A stretch of 64,000 nt of DNA, filler included, from Lama guanicoe (lineage: Eukaryota), in assembly GCA_013239625.1 (NCBI GenBank). It is 80 parts of 80 records of this genome, joined end to end, with 100 filler letters (N's around TTAATTAATTAA, not from the genome) between each part and the next. Parts side by side here need not be neighbours in the genome. Positions count along the whole stretch, not along the records: positions 1 to 915 come from PNXV01022242.1; positions 1,016 to 1,745 come from MU056713.1; positions 1,846 to 2,339 come from PNXV01022246.1; positions 2,440 to 3,138 come from MU056715.1; positions 3,239 to 4,015 come from PNXV01022255.1; positions 4,116 to 4,931 come from PNXV01022257.1; positions 5,032 to 5,777 come from MU056716.1; positions 5,878 to 6,265 come from MU056717.1; 72 more parts are not named here. The stretch is one strand, 5' to 3'. The notes below the pieces were generated by a model. The model searched no databases and was not told the origin of the DNA. It saw nothing but the letters and a program-made list of their open reading frames with translations. A program made the translations under genes and the position numbers. Below are positions 1-11,479 of the stretch, piece by piece (position 1 is the first letter of the stretch; the number at the start of each line of letters is the position of its first letter).

Positions 1-119
1 CACAGCATCCCAGTTTGGGTGGTAAGTTGTGGAGGAGGAGGGGGCAGGCTAGCCAGCTAGATTCGTGAAGTCACCACCTTCACGTGTACCCAACCGCAAT
101 GCTTGAGGCCTGAAGTTCA

Positions 120-298
120 GCCGAAACCAAACCAGAGCCTCAACCCGAACCCCTAACCGTGAACCCGAACTTGAACCAGAACCACAACCGTACATGAATC
201 TAAACCGGAATCCGAAACCTGAATCCAATCTTAAACCCCGAACTCAAACATAACGGGCACCAAAACCTGAACCCGAACCCTAAATCTTAACCGTACCT
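120..298 (+). repeat. Degenerate telomere-like hexamer tract (CCCTAA/CCCGAA/CCTGAA variants)
   Basis: About 6-bp periodic CCNNAA units: cccgaa, ccctaa, cttgaa, ccagaa, ccacaa, ccggaa, cctgaa, cccgaa, ccctaaa. Confidence 0.6.
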
Positions 299-915
299 TG
301 CTTAATTCTTTGCCTAGTTCCAGTAGTTTCTTTAGCTCCTGTCTGTAACATATAATCTACATCAATTTGTGACAAATGATTTATAGACAGCTGTTCCATC
401 CCTGCATCAAACATTGACCCTGGGAAGTCAGGTGTGTTTCACAGCCTGCTGATTCCTCATTATCCATGCAGGGTTTATAACAGAGGTAAAGTTAGGCAGA
501 GAACGAGGGAGGATGGGCACTTGGGAGGCTGAGTGCAGGTTTGTACATTTGACAGGGAGTGGAAAGGGGCTGGGATGGGAGTGGCCAAGGGGCTTGAAGC
601 CTGTGTGATTAGGGCTGGTGCCACTGCTCCTAGATCATCTAGTAGGAATCCAGTTCCAGACGTGCTGAATCAGTGGTGAACTTGGGGGATTAAATTAAAA
701 TTAAAGGCAGAAGTGAGGTCCAGGCTGAATGTAGAGCACCAGGGAACAGGCAAAAGTTGATCAGAACTCCTCATTTTTAGATGCACTTGTGTCTTAGGGA
801 GGAGTTGGTTTGGTACCCAGCATGTCTGTCCCCTTCCCTAAATAACAAGCATGCGCCGTCTGAGTTAGGCATCCGCCCCCCAACTCCCCACCTCTGTTTG
901 CAGAGGCAGGGGTCC

Positions 916-1015
916 NNNNNNNNNNNNNNNNNNNNNNNNNNNNNNNNNNNNNNNNNNNNTTAATTAATTAANNNNNNNNNNNNNNNNNNNNNNNNNNNNN
1001 NNNNNNNNNNNNNNN
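916..1015. other. Artificial scaffold linker N44-TTAATTAATTAA-N44 (first of about 79 in the window; last at 63834-63933)
   Basis: The same palindromic 12-mer flanked by 44 N on each side recurs every 0.5-1.7 kb. It places TAA stops in all six frames and contains PacI sites, and the sequence on either side is unrelated. Confidence 0.98.
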
Positions 1016-1745
1016 ATTTCTGTTCCCCTGTCTTCACAGTCATTCACGCATCCCTTTGCATTATGTAGTCTGCAAAGGACTGAATTTTAGCCCTGATATT
1101 ATCACATTCATTGAGTTTTCTGATATTTTTTGGCTCGTCTTTAGACTTTCTCTTCCCCTTTTCTGGTCTTCTGCCTTTGGTGATTCTGAGACACTGTTGT
1201 TCTTCAGTGTTTTCTTGACCACCATTTTCAACACTTGGTCTGGATTGCGTTTTGCAGTCTAGTTGTTTGAAAGCTTATCTTTTGGGCCTTCAATATCTTT
1301 GGAACTGAAAATGGTACTTCCTGTTTCTTTTACTGTACTTCTTCANNNNNNNNNNNNNNNNNNNNNNNNNNNNNNNNNNNNNNNNNNNNNNNNNNNNNNN
1401 NNNNNNNNNNNNNNNNNNNNNNNNNNNNNNNNNNNNNNNNNNNNNNNNNNNNNNNNNNNNNNNNNNNNNNNNNNNNNNNNNNNNNNNNNNNNNNNNNNNN
1501 NNNNNNNNNNNNNNNNNNNNNNNNNNNNNNNNNNNNNNNNNNNNNNNNNNNNNNNNNNNNNNNNNNNNNNNNNNNNNNNNNNNNNNNNNNNNNNNNNNNN
1601 TTCTGAAAGTGCGCAGGACACTTCCTCTTGTGGAAATGAAGCTTCTAAAGGTTCTCAGCTCTGCATTCTGTTCTATGTCATTTTGGAGTGTTTCCCAAAC
1701 AGCAAACTGAGAGTGGGCTTGTGCTTTGTAGTGCCACGGGAATGT
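1016..1745 (-). pseudogene. Unidentified multicopy coding-like family, copy 1 (N gap 1346-1600)
   Basis: Reverse complement of 1016-1345 aligns by eye to ~45505-45835. Reverse complement of 1601-1745 aligns to ~11715-11860 and ~45210-45260. Purine-rich sense strand; all three frames examined carry stops. Confidence 0.45.
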
Positions 1746-1845
1746 NNNNNNNNNNNNNNNNNNNNNNNNNNNNNNNNNNNNNNNNNNNNTTAATTAATTA
1801 ANNNNNNNNNNNNNNNNNNNNNNNNNNNNNNNNNNNNNNNNNNNN

Positions 1846-2339
1846 ATTCTATATTCTAAATTCTGTGTTCTGCATTCCTTTTTCTAAATTCTGGCTTCTA
1901 TATTCTCTATTCTTTATTGTATATTTTGTGTTTTCATTATATATTCTACATTCTACATACTGCATTCGGTATTATATATTCTTTATACTGTGTCTTCATT
2001 CTATATTGTAACTTCTATATTCAGTATTCTGTATTCTATATTCTAAATTCTGTGTTCTGCATTCCATGTTAAAAATTCTGGGTTCAGTATTCTTTATTCA
2101 ATATTCTATATTAGTTCTACATTCTATAGTTTAAACTCTATATTCAGCTTTCTGTATTGTATATTCTAAATTCTGTGTTCCGCATGCAATGTTCAAAATT
2201 CTATATTCAGTATACTGTGTTCTATATACGAAATTCTGTGTTCTGAATTCCATGTTCTAAATTCTGCGTTCTGTATTCTCTATTCTATACTCTGTGTTCT
2301 GCATTGTATATTCTAAATTCTATATTCATATTCTGTATT
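1846..2339 (+). repeat. AT-rich heptamer-based satellite (NNTTCTR units)
   Basis: Tandem TATTCTA/AATTCTG/TGTTCTG/CATTCCA 7-mers fill the scaffold. Confidence 0.9.
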
Positions 2340-3238
2340 NNNNNNNNNNNNNNNNNNNNNNNNNNNNNNNNNNNNNNNNNNNNTTAATTAATTAANNNNN
2401 NNNNNNNNNNNNNNNNNNNNNNNNNNNNNNNNNNNNNNNGATTAAAATAGCCCCCCAATTCCAGTGGGACACCAGTGTTGGTCCTTCTAATAGCCCTGGA
2501 CTGGCTCTAATGAGAACTTGGGCTTTAAGACTTCCTTGTTCTCTTAGTCCTAGCCAACGCCATGCTCAGCCTTATTGTCCAAACATCCTAAACCAGAGGT
2601 CCAGTGCTCTTCAGGTCATCTAGGAGGGATTTTTAGTTATTTATAACAACCCATATAAATGGTTCAACTTGATTCTTCCTTCCAAGGATGTTGGGAGATA
2701 CCCATTATTATGCCCATTTTACAGATGATGTTTTAGGATGNNNNNNNNNNNNNNNNNNNNNNNNNNNNNNNNNNNNNNNNNNNNNNNNNNNNNNNNNNNN
2801 NNNNNNNNNNNNNNNNNNNNNNNNNNNNNNNNNNNNNNNNNNNNNNNNNNNNNNNNNNNNNNNNNNNNNNNNNNNNNNNNNNNNNNNNNNNNNNNNNNNN
2901 NNNNNNNNNNNNNNNNNNNNNNNNNNNNNNNNNNNNNNNNNNNNNNNNNNNNNNNNNNNNNNNNNNNNNNNNNNNNNNNNNNNNNNNNNNNNNNNNNNNN
3001 NNNNNNNNNNNNGTATGCATTTGTACAGCATAATAATTTGTCTTACATATATCATGAAATGATTACCACAGTAAGTTTAGAATATCCATCATCTCATGTA
3101 GATAAAAAGATAAAGGAATAGAAAAAATATATTATATANNNNNNNNNNNNNNNNNNNNNNNNNNNNNNNNNNNNNNNNNNNNTTAATTAATTAANNNNNN
3201 NNNNNNNNNNNNNNNNNNNNNNNNNNNNNNNNNNNNNN

Positions 3239-4015
3239 TCAGAAACAGAATGACAAATGCTGAATGATTTTACTCATATGTGGAATTCAAAACAAATTAA
3301 CATAACAACACAGAAAAGGAGTTATAGTTATAGAAAGCAACAGGTTGTTCACAAGAAGGAGGGAAATGGGGTAAGGAAAAGAAAAAGTTGAGGGAAATTA
3401 AGAGAGAAAATTTTCCAATTGCAAATTAAATGAGTCAGGGACAAGAAATATACTGTATGGGTATTAGTAATTAACAATAAAACTTCTTTACATAGCAACA
3501 AGTCATAACTAGGTATATTCTGGTGAGCAGCTTGAAATGTATTAAAAACTGCAAACAGTATGTTGTGTAAGAGAAACCAACACAGTGTTTAGATTAAAGT
3601 ACACTTCAAAAACAAGGAAACATTTTTATAGAAAAAAATTAGACTTGCAGTCAACAGAGGCAGAGGTTGGGAAAGGAGAATTTGATTAATGCACTCAAAA
3701 TCTACAAACCTCCAGCCATAAAATAAACGTGTTGTAAGGATGTCCCATAGTAAAATGAAAATTACAACTAATAGTGCTTTATGTGCTAAATGAATGTTGT
3801 TAAGAGAGTAGACCATAATGTTTCTCATCACAACCAAAAGACAAGTTGTATTTCTTTCAAATTGTATCTAAAAGAGATAATGAATTCTCCCTAAAGTTGC
3901 TATGATATTTATTTCATGATACTTGTAAATCAAATCACTATCCTGTGCAACCTAAACTTACACAAAGTTTTATGCCAAATATATCTCAAAAAAAGTGGAA
4001 GAAAAAATGGAAAAC
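3239..4015 (+). mobile_element. Old LINE-1 3' end / 3' UTR fragment
   Basis: L1 3'-end motifs (tactcatatgtggaat, atatctcaaaaaaagtggaagaaaaa); homologous to the reverse complement of 15314-15770. Confidence 0.75.
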
Positions 4016-4290
4016 NNNNNNNNNNNNNNNNNNNNNNNNNNNNNNNNNNNNNNNNNNNNTTAATTAATTAANNNNNNNNNNNNNNNNNNNNNNNNNNNNN
4101 NNNNNNNNNNNNNNNCCAAGGCTCACAGCTCCCTAATGTGACACCAGGTACCCCCAGCAAACAGGAGACACTTAATTTATAATTGACTTGAGAATTCTAC
4201 GGCCAAAACTGCCTTCCACCTTCCACTTATGAAGTTCTTTACACTCTGTCCCCTGCTCTGCAGTTGTGCAATCAATCCAGAGCTCCTTCA

Positions 4291-4906
4291 TGAGACAGGA
4301 GGGAAGGGGCCCGGGCACAGCCATTAAAAGAATGGCACAGACGTTAGCACAAAGACGGTGGAAAATTCAACACCCAGTAGAACTTGAGCTTCAATACAGA
4401 CTCACGAACATACAGCAGGATGCTAGATGGCACGCTCAGCTCACAGGTGACAGGTTCAAGGCTGACCATAAAAGGTCAAAGTTTGAGGGGTGGCCCAATT
4501 TCTGGGAGCCCCAACACCTTCCGCAAAGCGGTTGGAAAATTCCTCCCACTTATTAGCATACGAAGATACCGAGTGCATAAAAATTAACAACCCCCCACCT
4601 CGTGGCTGCTCTCTCTGCTGAGGGAGACAGCCCACACTCTATCTGTGGAGTGTGTATCTACTTTTACTTTAAACTGGAGCACCCAACCCCCACACCTCAT
4701 GGCTTTTCTCTTGCCTTTTGAAACAGCCCACTCTGTCTGTGGAGTATATCTCTCTCTGAATAAATCTACATTTACTGAAATGTGGCTCTCTCTTGAATTC
4801 GTTCCTGTGCAAACCAAGGACCCACACTTCACGAGGTGCATATATCACAGGGACCCAAATAGTACCTGGTATACGGCCATCTTCTCCCCCACATTTTCCT
4901 GTATCA
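4291..4906 (+). mobile_element. Solo LTR, ERV1-like, apparently full length (~616 bp)
   Basis: Starts TGAGACAGG, the same 5' terminus as the copies at 24840 and 47017; ends CCTGTATCA. TATA-like CATAAAAA near 4576 and AATAAA near 4759. Flanks TTCA/TACA resemble a 4-bp TSD with one mismatch. Confidence 0.8.
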
Positions 4907-5031
4907 TACATTCCTTCCCAAAGTATCTCACNNNNNNNNNNNNNNNNNNNNNNNNNNNNNNNNNNNNNNNNNNNNTTAATTAATTAANNNNNNNNNNNNN
5001 NNNNNNNNNNNNNNNNNNNNNNNNNNNNNNN

Positions 5032-5777
5032 GTCACAGGTGTTCCCTGTGCGGGGAAGTCCGAGAAATAACTTCCCTGACTTTGGGGAGTCAGCCTCTGA
5101 CCTGGGACTTCCTGCAAACCCCCCTAGCATTCCCTGGCACAGAGACATTAGGAAAACCCTCAGGGGAGACGAGCTTAGTCATTCCATTACAACAAACGCG
5201 CTGCCGACCGTTGGTGGAACCTCCCCACGCTCAGGTTTCCAGAAACTTTGTCAGTGCGGGGGGAGCTCGAGAGACAACTCCACGCAGCCCTTTTCAGTCA
5301 CAGGTGTTCCCTGTTNNNNNNNNNNNNNNNNNNNNNNNNNNNNNNNNNNNNNNNNNNNNNNNNNNNNNNNNNNNCCTGGGACTTTCTGCAAACCCCCCTG
5401 GCATTCCCTGGCACAGAGACATTAGGAAAACCCTCAGGGGAGACGAGCTTAGGCATTCCGTTTGAAAACACGCGCTGTCGACCGATGGTGGAACCTCCCC
5501 ACGCTCAGGATTCCGGAATCTTTTCAGTGCGGTGGGAGCTCAAGAGACAACTCCACGCAGCCCTCTTCAGTCACAGGTGTTCACTGTTTGGGGAAGTCCG
5601 AGAAATACCTTCCCTGACCTTGGGGAGGCAGCCTCTGTCCCTGGGAATTCCTGCAAACCCCCCTAGCATTCCCTGGCACAGAGACATTAGAAAAAACCTC
5701 AGGGGAGACAAGCTTAGGCATTCCGTTGCAACCCACGCGGTGCCGACCGTTGGTGGAACCTCCCCACGCTCAGGATT
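5032..5777 (+). repeat. GC-rich ~265-267-bp satellite, A-type monomers
   Basis: cctggga...gcattccctggcacagagacattagg recurs at 5375 and 5640 (265 bp); same family as five other scaffolds. Confidence 0.92.
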
Positions 5778-5877
5778 NNNNNNNNNNNNNNNNNNNNNNN
5801 NNNNNNNNNNNNNNNNNNNNNTTAATTAATTAANNNNNNNNNNNNNNNNNNNNNNNNNNNNNNNNNNNNNNNNNNNN

Positions 5878-6265
5878 ATGGGGAGGTACAAGCTCCAGCT
5901 CGGTTTTACAGTGAAAACGGCAGACAATTCAAACCAGCCATAGGAAACAGACTGAGAAACCAGAGTAAGTGTTTCTCCTGCAACCCGTTCCTTTTGAGCT
6001 GGATGAACGAACGTCTCTCCACATGTTCAGTTCTGAGAGATAAGTGTGTGTGAAGGCCATTTTTGAACATGCTTGAAGGGAACAAAAAGTTTCCTTTCAG
6101 TTCCTAAATCTAGTACATACATATATATGGGGAGGTTAAGGTACAAGCTCCGGTTTTACAGTGAAAACGGCAGGCACTTCAAACCGGCACTAGGAAACAG
6201 ACTGAGAAACCAGAGTAAGGGTTTCTCCTGCAACCCGTTCCCTTTGTGCTGGATGAACGAAACGA
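5878..6265 (+). repeat. ~249-250-bp satellite
   Basis: taggaaacagactgagaaaccagagtaag at 5941 and 6191. Confidence 0.9.
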
Positions 6266-6365
6266 NNNNNNNNNNNNNNNNNNNNNNNNNNNNNNNNNNN
6301 NNNNNNNNNTTAATTAATTAANNNNNNNNNNNNNNNNNNNNNNNNNNNNNNNNNNNNNNNNNNNN

Positions 6366-7119
6366 ATCTAATGCCTATTTAGGAATAGAACTTAGGGGAA
6401 AAAAAAGAAAGAAATAATAAGAGATAGAGAAGGATTTTTAAAAGAAGGGAGAAAGAGGGTTTGAAAACAGTGTATAATGAATAATAGAAGAGCGGGTTGA
6501 AGCAGAGTATTAATCGGGTGGAGACGTCCTTTTAAAACCTTTAAAAAAAAAAAGGNNNNNNNNNNNNNNNNNNNNNNNNNNNNNNNNNNNNNNNNNNNNN
6601 NNNNNNNNNNNNNNNNNNNNNNNNNNNNNNNNNNNNNNNNNNNNNNNNNNNNNNNNNNNNNNNNNNNNNNNNNNNNNNNNNNNNNNNNNNNNNNNNNNNN
6701 NNNNNNNNNNNNNNNNNNNNNNNNNNNNNNNNNNNNNNNNNNNNNNNNNNNNNNNNNNNNNNNNNNNNNNNNNNNNNNNNNNNNNNNNNNNNNNNNNNNN
6801 NNNNNNNNNNNNNNNNNNNNNNNNNNNNNNNNNNNNNNNNNNNNNNNNNNNNNNNNNNNNNNNNNNNNNNNNNNNNNNNNNNNNNNNNNNNNNNNNNNNN
6901 NNNNNNNNNNNNNNNNNNNNNNNNNNNNNNNNNNNNNNNNNNNNNNNNNNNNNNNNNNNNNNNNNNNNNNNNNNNNNNNNNNNNNNNNNNNNNNNNNNNN
7001 NNNNNCAGCACCTCGGTCAGGGGCTGTGTTCCTGCCCGACAGGCGGGGGGGCCGCTCTTCCCCTGCCTGCGCCGCCCTCCCCCTGCCTGCGCCGCCGGTA
7101 GCTCCGCTGCTCTGTGCGG
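6366..7119 (-). mobile_element. Probable LINE-1 5' UTR fragment (gapped)
   Basis: Purine/A-rich tract followed by a CpG-rich segment with a 17-bp direct repeat (cccctgcctgcgccgcc x2), the layout of an antisense L1 5' UTR. Confidence 0.4.
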
Positions 7120-7219
7120 NNNNNNNNNNNNNNNNNNNNNNNNNNNNNNNNNNNNNNNNNNNNTTAATTAATTAANNNNNNNNNNNNNNNNNNNNNNNNN
7201 NNNNNNNNNNNNNNNNNNN

Positions 7220-8104
7220 AAGAAACATATGGATTTTGTGAGAATAGAAATTTATTAAAAGTAAAAACCTAAGAAAAACAGTAAAATTTGGAGGATAAAT
7301 CATACAATATTAAACAACCTGTGGATTGCTGTAAAAATCAAAGGAAATATATATAAAGAAAAAGGACAACAAAAACAAAGTCCATGGGGTTTAGCAAAAG
7401 CAGAATTAATAGGGATACTTATAGCAAAATAATCCCACTTATAAAAATAAGAAACATCTCTCTCATAACATAATCTTACAAACAAAAGATGTAGCAAAAT
7501 AAGAAATAAATTGTTAGTAGAAGGAAAGAAATCTGAAAGGTCAGAACATAAATAATTAAAATGAAGATTAAAAATAGAAACATTCAATCAAACTAAATAA
7601 TGGCTTTTGAAAGATAAATAAAATAGATAAACGTTAACCAGACNNNNNNNNNNNNNNNNNNNNNNNNNNNNNNNNNNNNNNNNNNNNNNATAATCTTACA
7701 AACAAAAGATGTAGCAAAATAAGAAATAAATTGTTAGTAGAAGGAAAGAAATCTGAAAGGTCAGAACATAAATAATTAAAATGAAGATTAAAAATAGAAA
7801 CATTCAATCAAACTAAATAATGGCTTTTGAAAGATAAATAAAATAGATAAACGTTAACCAGACACGTGAGAAAAAAAGAGTACAGATTAATATGCTCAGA
7901 AATAAATGAGAAGCTACAGTTTATATCAAAGAAATACAAAGCATCATAAGAAGATACAGGAATGAGCAACAGAAAATATGAACAGATTACCACTAACGAA
8001 ATTGAATAAGCAATTAAACAAATTTCCCATGAAACAAATTTCCAGGCCTAGATAGCTTCACAGGTGAATTCTGCCAAACATTTTGAGAAGAGCTATCACC
8101 TATT
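7220..8104 (+). mobile_element. Decayed LINE-1 ORF2 fragment starting at an inversion junction
   Basis: L1 motifs tttgaaagataaataaaatagataaac and ccaggcctagatagcttcacaggtgaattctgccaaacattt; paralog of ~38056-38564. Confidence 0.85.
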
Positions 8105-8307
8105 NNNNNNNNNNNNNNNNNNNNNNNNNNNNNNNNNNNNNNNNNNNNTTAATTAATTAANNNNNNNNNNNNNNNNNNNNNNNNNNNNNNNNNNNNNNNN
8201 NNNNTGGAAAGAAGGAGAAAGTACACAGAAGAATGAGAAAGACCATTGTAGCTCAGGGAATAGACCTCTAACCAGACCCTGATGCCTCCCACTCTTTTTC
8301 TGGACAG

Positions 8308-8583
8308 AAGTGAATGGACAACAGTTAAAGCAAATTCCTGAATTCGTGTCCCTACAAGAGGGAGAGAACTTCACCACATACTGCAATACCTCCAGCACTA
8401 TAGACAGCTTACAGTGGTATAAGCAGCAGCCTGGGGGACGTCCAGTCTTGTTGATGTTATTAACTAAGGGTGGAGACGTGAAGACGCAGGGGAGATTGAC
8501 AGCTCGGTTTGGAGAGACCAGAAAGGACAGCTTCCTACCGGCCGCCCAGACTGCAGATGTAGGAACCTACTTCTGCGCAGAGG
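8308..8583 (+). CDS. TRAV25: T-cell receptor alpha variable gene segment, V exon (TRAV25-like); leader exon not in this scaffold
   Basis: Pyrimidine tract and AG acceptor at 8306-8307 (phase 1). Translation VNGQQLKQIP...FTTYCNTS...QWYKQQPGG...DVGTYFCA has both conserved Cys and the Trp, and follows the TRAV25 pattern (GQQVMQIP, EDFTTYCNSS, DVGTYFCA). An RSS follows directly. Confidence 0.88.
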
Positions 8584-8622
8584 CACAGCGCTCTCAAAGC
8601 ACCTGCTGCCTGTCCCCAAAGC
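8584..8622 (+). promoter_or_regulatory. V(D)J recombination signal sequence, 23-bp spacer
   Basis: Heptamer CACAGCG (8584-8590), 23-nt spacer ctctcaaagcacctgctgcctgt, nonamer CCCCAAAGC (8614-8622) keeping the central AAA. Confidence 0.85.
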
Positions 8623-8714
8623 TTGCTGTGGGGCTCCAGGAGCAGCCCCTCCTCAGCTGTCCTCAGGGCAGGAGACAGAGAAAGTTGAAGTCACAATGTC
8701 TATGAAGAAATGAA

Positions 8715-8898
8715 TTTTTAACTGAAAAAAAAGTTCTGAGGCTCATATGGTGTTACTGGATAATTCTACCAAAGATTGAGGAAAAAATACCGCTAATTCT
8801 ACACAATTTCTTCCAGAAAATAAAAAGAGAATAGTAATTCCTCACCAATTTTTTGAAGCTCGTATTCCCCTGATACCAAAATCAGAGAAAGACCTTAC

Positions 8899-8929
<31 letters not shown>

Positions 8930-9009
8930 CAGAAACAAAAGCCAAACAAAATACTACAGAGAACTATCCTTCATTAATATAGAAACAAAGTTGGTTAACA
9001 AAATATTAG
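8715..9009 (+). mobile_element. Old LINE-1 ORF2 fragment with (CAAAA)n tract
   Basis: aattctaccaaa, ttcttccagaaaat, ccctgataccaaaatcagag and actacaga motifs from the region upstream of the L1 RT domain. Confidence 0.75.
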
Positions 9010-9109
9010 NNNNNNNNNNNNNNNNNNNNNNNNNNNNNNNNNNNNNNNNNNNNTTAATTAATTAANNNNNNNNNNNNNNNNNNNNNNNNNNNNNNNNNNN
9101 NNNNNNNNN

Positions 9110-9796
9110 AGAAAGAACAACACAAAATATAGAATATATAAACGAGAATATAGAAGCCGGAATTTAGATAATGGAATGCAGAACACAGAATTTATAATAT
9201 AGAATACAGAATACTGAATTTAGAATATTTAATATAGAACGTAGAACAGAGAATTCAGACTATAGAATACAGACTACTGAATATAGAATTTAGAATACAG
9301 AATATAGAACACAGAACATAGAACATAGAAAATGAATGCAGAATATAGAATGCAGAACACAATATAAATAATATAAAATAGAGAATATAGAACTTAAATT
9401 TAGTAATGGAATGCCGAACACAGAATTAAAATCTAGAATACGGAATAATGAATTTAGGATTTAGAATATATAATGAAGAACACAGAATATACAATATAGA
9501 ATACGGAATGCAGAATATAGAATGCAGAACACAATATAAATAATATAAAATAGAGAATATAGAACTTAAATTTAGTAATGGAATGCCGAACACAGAATTA
9601 AAATCTAGAATACGGAATAATGAATTTAGGATTTAGAATATATAATGAAGAACACAGAATATACAATATAGAATACGGAATGCAGAATATAGTATGTAGA
9701 ATATAGAATGAAAAACACAAAATGTTCAATAGAATAGAGAATATAAGACACAGAATTTAGAACATGGATTGCAGAACACAGAATTTAGAATATAGA
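9110..9796 (-). repeat. AT-rich heptamer satellite (reverse orientation) with an exact 172-bp tandem duplication
   Basis: TAGAATA/CAGAATT units; gaatgcagaatatag at 9334, 9506 and 9678. Confidence 0.9.
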
Positions 9797-10164
9797 NNNN
9801 NNNNNNNNNNNNNNNNNNNNNNNNNNNNNNNNNNNNNNNNTTAATTAATTAANNNNNNNNNNNNNNNNNNNNNNNNNNNNNNNNNNNNNNNNNNNNGGAC
9901 GGTCAGCGTCCCCGGCTCCTCCGAGCTCCGTCTCCTCATCTGCAGCGCCGGGTTCCTCTTCCGTGTCAACTTAGTAGGGTTGCTGAGAATCACACGTGAT
10001 GGTTGTCAGGTGTGATTTGTGGTTGTCTCTGTGATTGGCTTATATTCAATATTTGATAGAAACACTTGTTTTTTATTATAATTGTGGCTCTTAGATTGCA
10101 GTGGTTTTTAGTCTGCATTTTTTTATAACTGTATTCTTATTTTTAAATATGCAAATTTATTTTT

Positions 10165-10245
10165 TTGGAGGTACTGCAGAATAAAGCCAGGACATTGTGC
10201 ATCCTAAGCAGGTGCTCAACAACTGAGTAATACACACCCTCCTTG
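10165..10245 (-). mobile_element. tRNA-derived SINE (camelid-type), decayed
   Basis: ggaggtactg...ccaggac...tgctcaacaactgagtaatacac matches the reverse complement of the SINE at ~62915. Confidence 0.6.
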
Positions 10246-11479
10246 TCTGCACTTGAAAATAACTATTGCAATAAACATAATAGCTCTTAAACACCATCAA
10301 GATACCTAGTCTCTGTATAGACAATTGAACACGTATGCTATTTCAATACGANNNNNNNNNNNNNNNNNNNNNNNNNNNNNNNNNNNNNNNNNNNNTTAAT
10401 TAATTAANNNNNNNNNNNNNNNNNNNNNNNNNNNNNNNNNNNNNNNNNNNNAACACTGATGTAAATTTATTTAAATCTGCAATGTTTCATCATTACAAAG
10501 GATGGAAATAAAAATGCATTAAGATTAAAGACACCTAGATGCTATAAATAGATAGATGTTTTGCATAAATTAACTGCATCTAAAAACTGTTATTCTCATT
10601 AATGTGTATTAAGAATCACAATTTCAATTTATTTGTCAATTATTCCTGAGTTAAATGAAAAATAAAATTAAAAAGTCACAATACACTGTGTTATATCTTT
10701 CAGAACAATATGGGTCTTTAAACAGAACAACATTCAAGCAATGAATTTGGGGAAGTACACAAGGCAGAAGTCAGAAACCTAGGTAGGAAAGTAGTGTAGT
10801 TGACCAGGAGAGAATATAAAGGGTTATAAAAAGCTGGATTTATCAAGAATTATTAAGGAGATAGAATTGATGGGCTTATGTACTATTTAAAAGTAGGACA
10901 TGAAGTTGACAAGTATAGATTGACTTTCATTCAAGATTCTTGCTGGAGTAACTGAGTCAAAGGAGTGACTTACANNNNNNNNNNNNNNNNNNNNNNNNNN
11001 NNNNNNNNNNNNNNNNNNNNNNNNNNNNNNNNNNNNNNNNNNNNNNNNNNNNNNNNNNNNNNNNNNNNNNNNNNNNNNNNNNNNNNNNNNNNNNNNNNNN
11101 NNNNNNNNNNNNNNNNNNNNNNNNNNNNNNNNNNNNNNNCTGTATATAAAGGACGATCCTCAAGAAGACCAGCATTTTAGGCATTATAGGGGATGGTAAA
11201 TCCAAATTTTTTAGAGACTCTTAAAGAATCATAATAAAGATGAAAGAGCCTGGAAAGAATAGTGGATTTGATAAAGAAAAGAAAAGGCTATATATATATA
11301 CCGATGAGGCCTGCAAAATACCACAAACTCAGTGGCTTAAGCAGCAATTTATTGATTAGGATGCTAAAAGTCTGAGATCNNNNNNNNNNNNNNNNNNNNN
11401 NNNNNNNNNNNNNNNNNNNNNNNTTAATTAATTAANNNNNNNNNNNNNNNNNNNNNNNNNNNNNNNNNNNNNNNNNNNN

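Noticed and set aside
4266..4987. Paired ORFs conserved with 39500-40003 suggesting a small gene
   Set aside because: They lie inside two copies of the same LTR, and the similarity appears on both strands at the DNA level.
5039..5829. Recurrent ORF family (PSIPWHRDIRKTLRGDEL, LERQLHAALFSHRCS; also at 21742-22608, 26016-27318, 30419-31967, 58282-58821)
   Set aside because: These are translations of the ~267-bp satellite. Frames break differently in each monomer and there is no gene structure.
7470..7863. 174-bp exact direct repeat flanking an N gap (7470-7643 / 7690-7863)
   Set aside because: Identical copies on either side of a gap indicate overlapping contig ends, a scaffolding artefact.
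8584..8705. C-terminal extension of ORF 8310-8705 (AQRSQSTCCLSPKL...)
   Set aside because: Read-through across the RSS in germline configuration; not part of the V domain.
9334..9692. Exact 172-bp tandem duplication as a distinct repeat unit
   Set aside because: Perfect identity within a diverged satellite could be a gap-filling artefact and cannot be told from a recent duplication without reads.
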